64,000 nt of DNA from Octopus vulgaris (taxonomy: Eukaryota). Under the pieces are notes generated by a model, which did not search any database, was not told the DNA's origin, and saw only the letters and a program-made list of their open reading frames with translations. The stretch covers positions 3,038,001 through 3,102,000 of the forward strand of contig OX597824.1 of NCBI GenBank assembly GCA_951406725.2, written 5' to 3'. Below, piece by piece: positions 40,223 to 54,699 of this stretch (positions are counted from its first letter, which is position 1; each line of letters starts with the position of its first letter). Position numbers and translations under genes: made by a program.

Positions 40223-41013
40223 ACATATTAATGCATTGTAATATTGATCACATATTTGAATCAATCTTAGAATGAACATGTACGATTCAACACTACTCGC
40301 TTATGCAAAATTATGCAATATCACAGAAGGCACATACGCCTCATGTTCCATATACGCGTTATATATAAAAGAAGAATCTTAGAAATAAGCATAAAATGAT
40401 TTATTAAAAGGAAAATAATATATAAACAAGGATTATAGAAATTAATGGACAATTTAATAGAGAAAGGAAAGGATAATTAATAATGATGACTTTGATAATC
40501 ATTCTTAATTCAAGGTATCTGTAACTTAAGGGGACACAACAATGTCGAAACACCGGGTGTTCCAAAGTTCGCTTATGCTGAGACGAATGTGTTACGAACA
40601 CACATTCATCTGGAAGGAGGAGTCCTCCGATGACGAAATACTCCAGCGGTTAGCATTTTCTGGTTCGAATCTGCTAGGGATGTATTAAGAATGAATATCT
40701 AAGTCATGATTTTCTGCCTCGCTGTTCAACATGCATATGATGGGTTGGAAATAATGAAGATACTTTAGGACTCAGGAAATAAATTTCTATTGGTTAACGT
40801 GTGTGTGTGTGTCTAAGTCGACGAAATGGCATAACCGTTAGCACACCAGCAAAATGCTTAGCGGCATTTAGATCGTCTTTAAGTTCTAGTTCTAAATCCG
40901 ACTTTACCTTTCATTCTTTTGGAATCGATAAAATAAGTAGGAGTTGAACACTGGAGTCGATGAAATCGTCTTATCTCATTCCCGAAATTGCCTGGTGTCA
41001 AAATCTGACACCA

Positions 41014-41115
<102 letters not shown>

Positions 41116-41205
41116 AATGATGGCATGTACGTATGTATGTACACCAGAATAAATATGTTATGCCGTACTTATATAACTGTACATACTCACATATACATAC
41201 ATACA

Positions 41206-41241
<36 letters not shown>

Positions 41242-41288
41242 TATATATACATATAAGTATGTACTTATATAACTGTACATACTCACAT

Positions 41289-41346
<58 letters not shown>

Positions 41347-42098
41347 GTATATATATATATATTCATCGAATATATATACACACACACATTTTGATATAAA
41401 TATATGTGTGCACATGTATGTATTATGTATTAGGAAACCTGTTTTTACATCTCTTGTTCTGACGTTTTAAATGAAGCATAATAGCATTTTACGTTGTTAT
41501 GTATATTTATTCACTACCAACCATTATTTGATCTCCTCTGCACAACATCGTGGACATCCTATTATGCATTACATTTATACCATCTCTATAATAAAAAATA
41601 ACATAATGTCAAATCATTTTTTTTAGATAGAGCATGCAGAAGAAAGCGAAAAATATAAAGTGGATCGGTAAAAAATATTGGGGAAACTATGCATTTTAAA
41701 GCTATTATGTATCTGTCTATATTTCAAATGTAGAAGATACGCATGTAAAAAGATTGCGTACCTTGCTCTAACAAATCTGCACTTACTCTGGTGCTTTGCA
41801 CCAAAACATTAAAGTTTCTTGTTTTTTTTTGGTTTTTTTCTTTTTTAGTTTAAATATATCTACATATGAAAAAAGAATCATTGAAATTTTATGAGGAGAG
41901 AGTGTAGATGAGATCTCTTACAAAATGATTTTAAATATGGCTTCGCTTTCTACATGCAGATTCGGTTTTATGGTGTGAATATATCACATTTTATAGAAGG
42001 AAATAATTCGAGAAGACGAAAGCAGCGAATGCAGTGGTTTTTATCTTATGAAACGTGAAGGAAAAGCAGAGACAACGCGGTTTATATTATCGCTAGTA

Positions 42099-42512
42099 AG
42101 GGCGGCGAGCTGGCAGAATCGTTAACACTGCGGACGAAGGGCTTCGCGGTATTTCGTCCGTCGTTACGTTCTGAGTTCAAATTCCGCCGAGGTCGCCTTT
42201 GCGTTTCATCCTTTCGAGGTCGATAAATTAAGTACCAGTTACGCACTGGGGTCGATGTAATCGACTTAATACCTATATCTGTCCTTGTTTGTCCCCTCGG
42301 TGTTTAGCCCTTGTGGGTAATAAAGAAATAGGTATTTCGCCCGTCGCTACGTTCTGAGTTCAAATTCCGCCGAGGTCGACTTTGCCTTTCATCCTTTCGG
42401 GGTCGATAAATTAAGTACCAGTTACGCACTGGGGTCGATGTAATCGACTTAATCCGTTTGTCTGTCCTTGTTTGTCCCCTCTGTGTTTAGCCCCTTGTGG
42501 GTAGTAAAGAAG
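42099..42512 (+). mobile_element. Young family B SINE with tandem duplication of its 3' ~185 bp
   Basis: GGTATTTCG...TAAAGAA block occurs at ~42148-42328 and again at ~42331-42510. Confidence 0.85.
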
Positions 42513-43206
42513 CATATATACATTCTTCGAATATTTTTGTGCCACTCTGTCCCTTTACTTTGTTTCTCTCTCTCACTCTCTCACTCTCTCTCTCTCTCTC
42601 TTCCTCTCCTTCCCTCCTTGTTACCCTCCTCCTACTATCACGTGACCACTGACAACCTAAGGCGGTGTCACCCTTTCTTGCTTTGCCTTGCACTGGAACG
42701 GTCACGACTCTCTTTACTCCCCGCTGTACCCCCCTCCCGCGTCTATAGTCCTTTGGGACAGTTTTCATTTCGCCTTCGCGTTACCCACTTTTATCTCTAC
42801 CTGACATCTTGAGAAAGTCATAACCTAGATCGATCTCCATGGTGTTAAACGTATAACGATGAATCCAAACAATTTGAGTTGAAGGAAATGAACAACAGAC
42901 GAAACTCTGTCCCGCACTCAACAGACACACTTGTCGAATCCCAGGCAAAATTATCAATGCCTCCATTCCGACTTCATAGCAAAATTCATTCCTGGACTGA
43001 AATAACATCACGCTTCCATCGCAAACGGATGCTCTTTGGTTTTCTTTCTTTCTTTCTTTCTTTCTTTCTTTATTTATTTTCTTTCTTTCTTTCTATCTTT
43101 CTTTCTTTAAATTTAGGTCTTCTTCAAACGGTCGTGAGTCGAAACTGACGGGAGCGAATATCCTATTGAGTACTTTTACCTTACTGTACCTTCAAAACGC
43201 ACGCGC

Positions 43207-43242
<36 letters not shown>

Positions 43243-43254
43243 ATATACTCTCTC

Positions 43255-43419
43255 TCTTTACTCTTTTACTTGTTTCAGTCATTTGACTGCGGCCATGCTG
43301 GAGCACCGCCTTTTAGTACTTATTCTATCGGTCTCTTTTGCCGAACCGCTAAGTAACGGGGACGTAAGCACACCAGCATCGGTTGTCAAGCAATGCTAGG
43401 GGGACAAACACAAACACAC

Positions 43420-43450
<31 letters not shown>

Positions 43451-43612
43451 CGACAGGCTTCTTTCAGTTTCCGTCTACCAAATCCACTCACAAGGCTTTG
43501 GTCGGCCCGGGGCTACAGTAGAAGACACTTGCCCAAGATGCCACGCAGTGGGACTGAACCCGGAACCATGTGGCAGGTAGACAAGCTACTTACCACACAG
43601 CCACTCCTGCGC
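43255..43612 (-). mobile_element. Near full-length family C SINE
   Basis: Minus strand GGCGCAGGAGTGGCTGTGTGGTAAG...GGTTCAGTCCC...GAAACAAGTAAAAGAGTAAAG. Confidence 0.85.
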
Positions 43613-45754
43613 CTAGGATACTTCTTTGTTGTTGTTGTCGTTGCATGTGTGCGTTTTTGCGTGTTTGACTTTTGTATGTAACAGTGTATGTGTGAGTGTA
43701 TGCGTAGGAAGAAGTCCAATATACCTCGATGCAGATTATTTGTCGGTGGAGTTAATCGTGCAGAAGAGAAGCGAACTCCAAGTTGAAGGAGAGAAAATAT
43801 TAGACCGAGCAGGAAAATATATAAAAGACATCGCAAAGGAAAATGATCGAAAGTTTGGGAAAAGATGCTAAGTGGATCAATTATTATGTCATAGATGTGG
43901 TGACATTCGCTACAGTCTCAAGCCACATATCAAACAGATATGATCCAATACGTTCGATACAGCTGCAATCATGTAAGCAACGTGTACTGCATTTCGGTCT
44001 AGACATCTCTGAATTTTGATTTTGATAGATACTGCAATATCACGTGATGTGCTATCTGCAGCAGGATTAAACAGTATTTTGTTTTGTAGCAAGAAACGAT
44101 GCAGATTTTCTCGTACATTATTACATATATTCTGCATAACGTGCTACAAAGAACCCTTCTACGAGTTGTTGCTGTCCCTGTGGCGGTGATATATATTATA
44201 TCTCTTGATGTTCTTGCACCTCGTTCTTACAGGAAAGAGAGTGACTGCCAAGGAGTCTTTTTTCATATATAAACTGATTATACAGTAGTAAGTTTAGTAT
44301 GTTGTTTTTTCTTTTAATCTTTTAATCAAGAGAAAAGGCAGTGACCATGGCTTGTTAGCTTCTCCAGAACTGGTTAAGGGAAATGGGAAAGGTATTCTCA
44401 AACAACAAACCAGACCGGAACACTTGCATTCAAAACGGAATCCGCTAAAGGCACCCAAATTGCCAGGTGATGCTGTTGAGTGATGAATTGAGTCTACTCC
44501 CCAAGTAGGCCATGGCGGAATTGGAATGCAGAACACTAACAACTGGAACAAATACCATAAGACATCCGGTCCGACATTTTTACAGTTCCACCAATCCACC
44601 AACTTGAATTAGCATTTTTTTTATCGACTCCAAAACACATTTGTTCTGGTGGGATTTGAAATCAGAGCTCAATAGGAACAAATAGCACGAAGAAATCTTC
44701 TCGAGGCTCTAATGACTCCGTCTATTCACCCTTCATTGGATTATACTTTAAGGCTCACTTTCCTTCCATGCTTTCAAGAGTAATAAATAAAATACCAGGC
44801 TAGGGTTGTCATCTGATGGAATTCTTAAGTCACACAAGACGTCTCGTGGTAAATATTCCGGATCTTTGCTCACTGAGTTAAAATTCCGCTAATCATCTTA
44901 TCGACCTGCGAGTGACACAAAAAGGCACCCCAGGGACCTGGATAATGGTGATAAACTTCTTATGCCAGGCTGAGGGACACATTCATTAATACTACAAACC
45001 GGATATTAAGTGGGAATAAACGCAAGGACATAAGATTAAACAAAACGCTACTGGATTAACTGTTTCTGAAGTGTTGTCAATGCCACTTATATTCTCCACT
45101 GAGTATGATATAAGGTACCGAGTATGATATAAGGCAACTACATTCGATAACGAGGAGTTTTCGAAGAATGGAACTGTACGATTCCTTGCGAAGAAGAAGT
45201 CGCTTAACATGAAATAACTCATCAATAAAACTAAGTTCTACGTTAATTCCAGCTTTTGGATCATGAAATACAACTAAAAAAAAAAAGCAAAAAAAAAACA
45301 ACAGCTGCAGCAAAAATAAACTACAAGTAATAATGCTGAAATCACACCGCAATTCACTCTGCTATTAATCACAGGAAAAAAAAGCTTAGGAGATTATCTT
45401 CCAGTTTTCTGGAACTTAAGCCTTCATTCAAACACTAAACTGGATAAACGAAATTGTATATATAGCGCATTCTCGGTCGCTATTTTGATTAATATATTAC
45501 AGCTACATTAACTGTGCTTTGTTTCAATAATACGCAGTGATAAAATAGACTCAACAACGTTTTATGTATAAGTAGATTTAATCATCTCCTATGTATACAG
45601 AATGACTTTGCAGTCGAAAAAGGGGGATCAGACGAAATGCTATTGATTTCGTATTACTTCGTATCAGGATTCCATCAGCGCTTGAGTAACACCTTTAGCA
45701 TTTTCGTATTTGCTTGCGTTATATACTTTATTTCTCATTGGTGCCCACAATAAC

Positions 45755-46255
45755 GTGAGAAGGGGAACGGCGGGCGGGTGCGGGGAGAGAAGGCAGAGGC
45801 ATGGTCCACGGAACATGTTCTGGCAAGGGCTGTGTCAGGAGGTATCCACGAAGGATGAAGTGGCGAGCCATGAATTGAGACTGAGTCCCTAAGTCATGTT
45901 TTTCACTGCAGAGCCTGTGCAGACGGAGGAATTGGAAGTAGGGGATGGAGAGCTTTGTGTGGGTAGGGTGGGAGGAGAAGTTAACGTGGGAGTGTGAGTC
46001 GGTGTGTTTGTAGTGGATGGAGGTGGTGAGAGCAGAGTTGTGTATGTTGAGCGAAATGTTGAGAAATGCGATGGAAGTGTTGGAAATGGTGCAGGAGGAT
46101 TTGAGGGCAGAATGGAAGGATTGGACAAAAGAGAGGAAGGAGTGTAGTTGTTCTCGGGAGAGCGAGGTAGCACCGATTCAGTCGTCAATATAACGAGTCT
46201 ATAGTTTGAGAGTGGGACCAGTGAATCCTGACAATATTTAGGCCTCAACGTAGCC

Positions 46256-46258
<3 letters not shown>
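45755..46258 (-). pseudogene. Penelope-like element reverse transcriptase fragment
   Basis: Frame not shown in the ORF track: RYIDD (+ 46181-46195)*IGATS...IAFLNISL...LTTSIHYKHTDSHSHVNFSSHPTHTKLSIPYFQFLRLHRLCS...FILRGY. These are typical PLE RT palm and thumb motifs. Confidence 0.85.
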
Positions 46259-46310
<52 letters not shown>

Positions 46311-46944
46311 CACATGTATATCATCTCGCCGTTTTCTAGTATCAAACTTGTAGCAACCCATGTATATCTGCTGCATCATTAAATTATACATTCATATACA
46401 TGTGTATATGTATGTATGTATGTATGTTTGTATGTATGTACGAATGTACGTATGTATGTATGTATGTATGTATGTATGTATGTATGTATGTATGTATGTA
46501 TGTATGTGTGTGTTGTATGTATGTATGTGTTGTATGCATGTATGTATGTGTTGTATGTATGTATGTGTTGTATGTATGTGTTGTATGTATGTATGTGTTG
46601 TATGTATGTATGTATGTGTTGTATGTATGCATGCATGCATGTATGTATGTATGTATGTATGTATGTATGTATGTATGTATGTATGTATGTATGTAGGGTA
46701 CGTATAATTTAATGATGCAGCTGTTATACAAGAGCTACTTCAAGTTTCATACTCTGAAAGGGCAATATTCGGAAACGCTTATATAGGGCATACTCTGTAC
46801 GATCAGGTTTCTTCGGTTGAGTTTACAATAATGCCATATTGGTAGCGTACCAATAAATGGTTTGTTATTATTGCACTATTTCAATTAGCCCTCCGCAGGG
46901 GCTAGCTTAGAAGTCCGCACAGAGTGAGGCTTTTAGGATAGCAT

Positions 46945-47044
<100 letters not shown>

Positions 47045-47048
47045 ATAA

Positions 47049-47109
<61 letters not shown>

Positions 47110-47119
47110 TACATATATA

Positions 47120-47645
47120 TGAAGGACTCTCCCATCGGTGTCGACGTACGAGGCTCTGACGACGTACTCTTTCTTTGTCAGTCATAATGCTTATGTCGAA
47201 TGTGACATTTAAGACCTGCCAACGATTTGCAAAGAAGGCCATAAATGTTGCAAGTTTGAGGATTACAGGTCAGTGTAGGTGGTCTATTTGCAGCCCCTTT
47301 TCTCCTTTGCCTTGCACCCCGAAGCCTGTTCTTATACCATTTTCACACAACGGTCTCCATTTTGTTCGCTCCAGAGCTGTTTACTCAAAGGTGTTGTGAG
47401 CTATCTTCATCACTAATAGGTTACTCTTCAGCTTCCCCTTATATCTGACCCATGGTCGACCAACATTCCTGTGTCCACTCTTAAGCTGGCTGAACATGAA
47501 GACATTGGGTATTCTTTCGTCACTCATTCTGACGACATGGCCAGCCCAGCGCAATTCTGATTGCATAAGGAAGCTCTCAATACCACCAATCTTACATTTG
47601 CTAAACAAGTCGGCATTAGAAATTTTGTCTTTTAGTGAAAAACCG
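47120..47645 (-). pseudogene. 3' fragment of an RTE/BovB-like LINE
   Basis: IESFLMQSELRWAGHVVRMSDERIPNVFMFSQLKSGHRNVGRPWVRYKGKLK. Flanked by (TA)n. Confidence 0.8.
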
Positions 47646-47655
47646 CAGACTTTTC

Positions 47656-47701
<46 letters not shown>

Positions 47702-47705
<4 letters not shown>

Positions 47706-48140
47706 TTGAATAAAGTTAAAATTTAGACTGGTTTTCACGTTTTTATTATTGTATTTTTAAAAAGTAATTCGTTTTACAATGTTGAGGTGTGTTTAACATT
47801 ACAAAAATATTTTTTAATGTTCATAAAGTTCACTCAGCCCTTTCATACCATCGTAGTAATCATCAGATTTTAAAATGTATTTATCTGACAGCTGCATTCT
47901 TGCAAGAACTCAACTATCAGTTAATTACATTTTAAAATCTGATGATTACTACGAACGTATGAAAGGGCTGAGTGAACTTTATGAACATTAAAAAATATTT
48001 TTTGATGTTAAACACACCTCAACATTGTAAAAAGAATTATTTTTAAAAATACAATAATAAAAAACGGGAAAACCAGTCTATGTTTTAGTCTTATTCAAGG
48101 AATATATTATTCGATACACATTTACACAAATTCCGGAAAT
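47702..48140. mobile_element. Fold-back element (~195-bp arms) with unpaired tail and degenerate hammerhead-like core
   Basis: Palindrome centred at 47902/47903 (TTCTTGCAAGAA). CTGATGA at 47939-47945 and GAAA at 47961-47964, mirrored in the left arm. Confidence 0.75.
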
Positions 48141-48175
48141 ATATGTGTGTATGTGTATATGTATATATGTATATT

Positions 48176-48243
<68 letters not shown>

Positions 48244-48261
48244 TGTGCATCTGTGTGTATG

Positions 48262-48292
<31 letters not shown>

Positions 48293-49289
48293 ATGTATGT
48301 ATTATGTATGCATGTATGTATGTTTTGTGAATGTATGCATCTATGTATGCAAGCATGTGTGTGCGTGCGTTTGTGTGTGTGTGTGTGTGTGTGCGTGCGT
48401 TCGTGTGTGCGTGCGTTCGTGTGTGTGTGTGCGGATGCGTGTGTGCGGATGCGGGCGCGCGTGCGTGTGTGTGTGAATGTATTCCCTGATCGTGTCTGAT
48501 AATTTCATCTTTCTGGTTGCCGGTGAAGAAAATATACTGAAGAGATATTTCTGAATCTACATATTCAGAATTTGCTGAAAAAATATGGCAGCTGGGATGA
48601 ATATGAGCAACCAAACACACATTGTCTGTGCTTAGGAAATTAAACCAACGTTTACAAAGGTACAATGTTGCAAAGATAATATTTACTTGTCAATATTTTT
48701 ACATTCCCCTGCTAGTAAATAAACGAGCAAAAAACCCCATAAATGTTATGCTAATATTAATACGTTAATTCAAATGTAGAAGAATTATTTTAGAAATATA
48801 GCAAGGTGCAATTGTAAAAGAAACGAAATATTCAATTGGTGATATTGATGAGAATGAAGGCGACTACCACTATCGTAACTATGGCAATCAAAGCAGTACC
48901 AAAAATAATTGGGTCACCAAGTTTGATACAAATATAATTAAGAAGCATCAAAATATCCATAGACTCACAGCGTAACAATCTAAAAGATAGTTCAGTTATG
49001 CGAGAGATCACAACTCAAACAGTAGACTCTGAACCGGGCACATATGTTCCGAACCCACAACACACATACTGTACACTATAAATATTGAATGACCTATCAT
49101 TAAACATACCCACAGCTAACCAATCCCCTTCGTTATAACACCTGCTCAACTTACACTCAACACAGATACAATACAATACAACGCAGCCAACATGATCAGC
49201 GTTTATCACCAATTGACACAAAGATAAACATTACACACACAGCTCTTACACAACACGAACAGCACAAAACAATTTCTAACTTCGTGATC

Positions 49290-50298
49290 TTTTGGCTCAC
49301 GGGGTACCACGGAACAGAGAAACCTCCTAAAAATTATCCATAGTTTCCGCAGGGACATCGGAATGAGAATGGGTTGGACAAATGTGCCGAAAGTGACAAT
49401 GAGAAATGGTAAATTAATCAGTACTGAAAACACTGCACTCGACATAGACACAAAAATCATGGAATTAAACCACAATCACGCATACAAATATCAAGGAACA
49501 GACGAAACAGTTAAACAATTAGGAGAGAGTATTAGAGGAGAGAGTATTACACTAATATTAAAAACTGAACTCAGTGCTAAAAATAAGATAATAGGAAGAA
49601 AAACGCCAGCCATACCATCTTTAAATTACAGCTTCGAGATATTAAACTGGAAGATCAGTAAGTGGAGAAAATAACAAAAACAAGACAGAAAACTATTAAC
49701 AGCAAACGGAAGTCACCATCTCAAAGCAGACGCAGACAGAAAAGGACGTAACCTGACACAAATAGAGAAGTAATATCAAATAACAACAGTTGGACTGGAA
49801 AAGTACTTTGAAAGAAAAAGTGAAAGACTGTTATATGTAATAAAGAAACACGAGAACAAGAAAACGCTTTTTCTCTCTACACAAGGGGGCGCGACAGAAT
49901 AGAAAACAGAAACAAAACTACGTTGATACACGGATCTCAGATGACAACATAACAGAAATGGTCAAAGAGACAAGAAACAACATGAAAACGGAACAATAAA
50001 ACACACCAAAGAAGTGATGGAGAGAAAAGTCAGTCCATGGTTAATACGCTGCAAGGTTGGACAGAGAAGAACAATGGCTCAGAAGCTCTGGACTAAAAGC
50101 TGAAACGGAAGGATTGATTCTCGCTGCGCAAAACCAACTATAAAAGCGAAATAATGAAAACAAGTCCTAACAGCAAATGCAGAGTGCGCAAGCTGCACAA
50201 TGGGACAGCTGCACAATGGGACAGCTGCACAATGGGACAGCTGCACAATGGGACAGCTGCACATATAATCTCTGGCTGTCCAGTCCTTTTTACGTATG

Positions 50299-50338
<40 letters not shown>

Positions 50339-50552
50339 CTCTTTATAATGTTGGCAAGCGAAATAGAGATAAGTATGTGCATTGTCCGTTTGATTGGAAA
50401 ATTTCCATCAGTGGCTGAAGATTGCCCGATATTTTAAAACTGATGTAATACTTACAGTGTTTAATAAAATGAAGTAGCATGAGACGATTGTACCACATTA
50501 CCTCGGATAAACTTGTTGCTTATTTTGATTATATATATATATATATATATAT

Positions 50553-50615
<63 letters not shown>

Positions 50616-51300
50616 CGACCGAGTAAATAGTTGAATCCACTGGACAATATGTCAGCAATAACTGGTATAAACTGACAATAAATGGTATAAACATGTACCA
50701 ATCAAGGGACATGCCAACGGCTAGGTTACAGTCTTTTGGGACATGCCTGTTCAGACTGACAAAGAAATAAAAGCTAATCGAACAGGCATAATAAGCAAGG
50801 ATTAGACAAAAAAAAACCTGGTCACTGATAGACATTGCAATCCCTTCTGATCAAAATATTGTCCAAGAAGAAGTGAAAAAATTGTCGAAGTACAAAGACC
50901 TTCAAATTGAAATATTCAAGATGTGAGGCATGAAGGTGGAAACAATACCAGTAATAATTGGAGCACTGGGTATGATAAAAAAAACATATACGAACACAAA
51001 TGTAGAAGCTATACCAAGACCCTCTACACTATACATTATCCAAAACATAGGCCTGCTATGAACAACCCACAGCCTACGCAACTCAACTCTATCAAAATAA
51101 TCCACTAACACAAGACACACTCTATAAGGCAAACATCCAATAAAATAAACAACCACCAGCAGACTGGGGACCCAATGCATTACACATACAACAGACTACA
51201 TAAACAATAATAGAAATAAAAACTGCGCCTGGTCCCATAACGAAAGAAACTGACACAATAAAATACCAGGAAGAGTTTTTGCATTCTCAATAACTAAAAG
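49290..51300 (+). pseudogene. Degraded R4/Dong-type retrotransposon (RT C-terminus, CCHC, RLE), interrupted at ~50300-50615
   Basis: RDIGMRMG, ILKTELSAKNKI, WLRSSGLKAETEGLILAAQ, SKCRV...HIISGCP, KWYKH, LIDIAIPSD...KLSKYKDLQIEI...IPVIIGALG. Confidence 0.8.
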
Positions 51301-51479
51301 AAACACAATACTGCACACACACAAGTAACATGGAGGTGTAGCAGGTGCTGCAGTAGAAACTTGCCTTAAAATAATAAATTTTTAACCACAACATCATAAT
51401 CATCAACAACAACAACATTAATAATAATAATAACTGGTTAAATAAAAGAAAACTACCAAAACCAGGTCATGAATGGAAG

Positions 51480-52010
51480 TTTAAGATTGTTTGACAGATA
51501 TTTTCTATGACGGCAGTTGCAGACCAGCTGATAACGTCTGGTTAATTTGTTGCTGTTATAATATGACACTTTTCTGATAAACAAAGTATACATTTGTCGA
51601 ACCAGGAGTACGCAATATACGTTCCAGCTGCTGACCACTTGATCTTACAACTATCTTTAAACTCTTTCATTCCATATTGAACATTTTGAAATAAATTTTT
51701 TTTCGTTTCTCTATTTGTCTGAAAAAGTAAACACAATTAGTATTTTGACTCTAAAATGCATTTTCAGTAGGACCAATATATCTATCTTATTCAACACAAT
51801 CCATTGAGATTGCTTTCGCCCCATGCACAAGTCTTACGCTTACAACCGAGAGAACAGAATCGCCTTTATTAAGGTTGTATTGGGGTAAATATTTGAAATA
51901 TTTCTGTAGGTGCAATTTCGTTTCTTGGTAGTAACAGTCGGGTTTTGGGAATAACTATTGCTGATTTTGATGCTAATTTTAATGAAAGGTTTGTGGGTTG
52001 GATGGGTGTT
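51480..52010 (-). pseudogene. Penelope-like GIY-YIG endonuclease relic
   Basis: Minus strand across frameshifts: RYIGPTENAF*S...KIKWS...KCILCLSEKCHII...LVCNCRHRKYL. Confidence 0.65.
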
Positions 52011-52662
52011 TAAGACGTGAATGTGTATAAAGCATAAACTTGCACATTATATATCTACATCCGTGGGGTTCTGACCAGATCATAATACTGTTGTGTTGCA
52101 TATGTGTGTGTGCACATGTGTGTTGTGCATGTTCGTGGTGTGCGTGCGTGGTGTGCACGCGTGTGGTGCGCGCATGCGCGTTGTGCGCGCGAGTAGTGTG
52201 CGCGCGAGTGTGTGATTTCTTTATTTTGTTATATTATGTAGTGAATATATTTTCCTTTTCCTTTCTTTGACTGCGCTCACTTTTAAGACATCATTATGAA
52301 AATGTATCAATTTTTGGTCAGAAGAATTGTATATTTGTTCGCTAATGTTACAGACTAAATTTCTCATAAATGTGGAATCGGAGTAGAAGTATATTAACGT
52401 GTTGCATCGTCTCATTAGATTTTCGATAAAGGTGAAAATTGTCTTCCTCTATTTCTGAAATGACGCCTGGAAAGTTTCTACGGTTTTTGTGCAAGTCTCA
52501 ATGGCAATCGTTAAATTAAATGCTTTGAAAGTTGACAATATCTGCGCCAGTCTCGAAAGTTCTAATCAAATCTTTTCTCGGTTTGTAAAGACGATAGCCA
52601 TCAATATGACCAGTGATTATTAACCCGGCATCTTAGTGGTATACATAATGTGCATGCTTGTA

Positions 52663-52694
<32 letters not shown>

Positions 52695-54699
52695 TGTGTG
52701 TGTGTGTGTGTGTGTGTGCATGCGTGTATGTTTGTGTGTGTAAATGTGTGTGTGTGTGTGTGTTTGTATCTGTGTGTGAGGATTCGTGGCCTAGTGACTT
52801 AGTTGTTTGACTTGGTTGTTTGGTCTTGGGTTCGATTCACAGATGTTTCAGCCAGTGGTGACCTTGGCCAGTACATCTTATTTCTCGTTTTTCCAGTCGA
52901 ATCTGAAAGTTGACAGCAATGCTTGGGAGGTTTCGAATCAAATCTGCAACTTATTGGGGTCATCTTCAATAGGAATTTTTGTACTTAGAGTCGCTTAACC
53001 CTCGTGGAAAGCTGGGTGAGTATGGCCTAATGGGCGTTTGAGCTCAACACAGACTTTAAGTAGGTGTGTGTGTGTGTGTGTGTGAGTGTGTATGTGTGTG
53101 TGTGCGTGTGTGTGCGTGTGTGTGTGTGTGGTGGTTTTATAATAGTTTTTGACTAAAGGGCATAACGTTCGTTTTCTAAAATTATGCGTGTTTCGTCAGT
53201 GAATCCAAACCTCGCTATAATATAATGGTTCTATTTCTATAAATCCGAGTCCACATCAAATGAATAAGCAGTCAACGAATTCTGAACTGCGAGTATAGAG
53301 ATGGCTGTGTGGTAACAGCGTGTTTTCGACTGAACACTGAATTAATCAAAACCTTGTAAGTGACAAATGGTTGAAGAATATTACGTAGAAACTCGTCAAA
53401 GATTTGGTTATTCTATCAAAACAGTTCTTCCACAAACTCATCCATAAAAACAATATCAGAAGCTTCTAAAGTTGTACTCCGAAACCAAACTACTTCTGCA
53501 TGCGGTAACCTGACTCGGAAGTAAATTTGATCTAAATATCATCACATAGCTTCGTGGTGTGTTTGGCGGGGGTTCATTCGGGTGCAACAATTCAAATTTT
53601 ACCTCTACCCCGAAGATTCTTCCACTCTAAAAACGGTTACGAGTGCTACTTTCCCAACTCAGAGTAGGAGGTCAGAGCATTGCGATTATTTTAGAAAACA
53701 ATTATATGTATGTATCTATCGAAAATATATAATATTATTTAAATGCTTAATGTAAATACATCGTTGAAAGGCAATTCTCAACGATGTTCGTCCCGACATA
53801 CGATCTTTTATGGACGAGGAAGCCAAGAGTTGTTCCTGCAGTGGCAAATCTCGTCACTGGCTGTGACGTCATACCCTTGATGAAGCTCAACTAGACCGAA
53901 ATGCATATGGCGTTCTCGTTTGCAGCTGCTGGAGAGATTTTTGTCTCCTTCCGATAGACATTGTCCAAAACATGTCCAGAAAAAATGATTTCTCTGAACA
54001 AAAACCACAGTAAATGCCATTTCAAATATGTATTACAATAAATATGATACCGAGATGGGTATCTTAATTTAATACTGTTTCTATGACATATAACAAACAC
54101 ACACACACACACACGCACACGCACACACACACAAACATACACACACACACAAACGCACGCACAAATGCATTATAAATATTATAAAGGCATCACGCAGTTG
54201 CTAGACTTGTGTTTTATGACAATTAATAATACGAGGTTGTTACATAACTTGGATAATATAAAAATCAAATGCAGGAAAGCGACGTGTTACTGTTTAGTCC
54301 CTTGGTAGCGAGCTGTCAGAATCGTTAACACATCGGACTAATTGATGAGAAGCATTTAACGTTCCGAGTTCAAATTCTGCCAAGTTCGAATTTGTCTTTT
54401 ATCTTTTCGGGGTCGGTACCAGTTGATCTTTGTGCCTATAACAGAAAATATAATTCAGCCTCTATAATCAACGGGATTCCACTTGTGCCCCTCCTGGCCT
54501 TCTTATGTACAGGGAACTCAGAGCCACCATATTAAGCATGTCCTTAAAAAAAAAAAAAACAGCGCGTTCGATTTTAAGGGATACTTGACTGTTCTTTCTT
54601 GCAGGTCGGGTGGTCATGTACAGACTACTTTGAACGGTAGTGGAGAAGAGGATCAAGTAATCCGTAACGAGCAGAGAGTCATCACAGTCGCCGCTCTTC

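Noticed and set aside
45889-46257. 122-aa Pro/Ser/Thr-rich ORF
   Set aside because: Off-frame reading of the Penelope RT relic.
53808-54020. Non-repetitive ORF-like stretch with a TGACGTCA (CRE) palindrome
   Set aside because: No recognisable protein motif or convincing splice pair; a single 8-mer is expected by chance.
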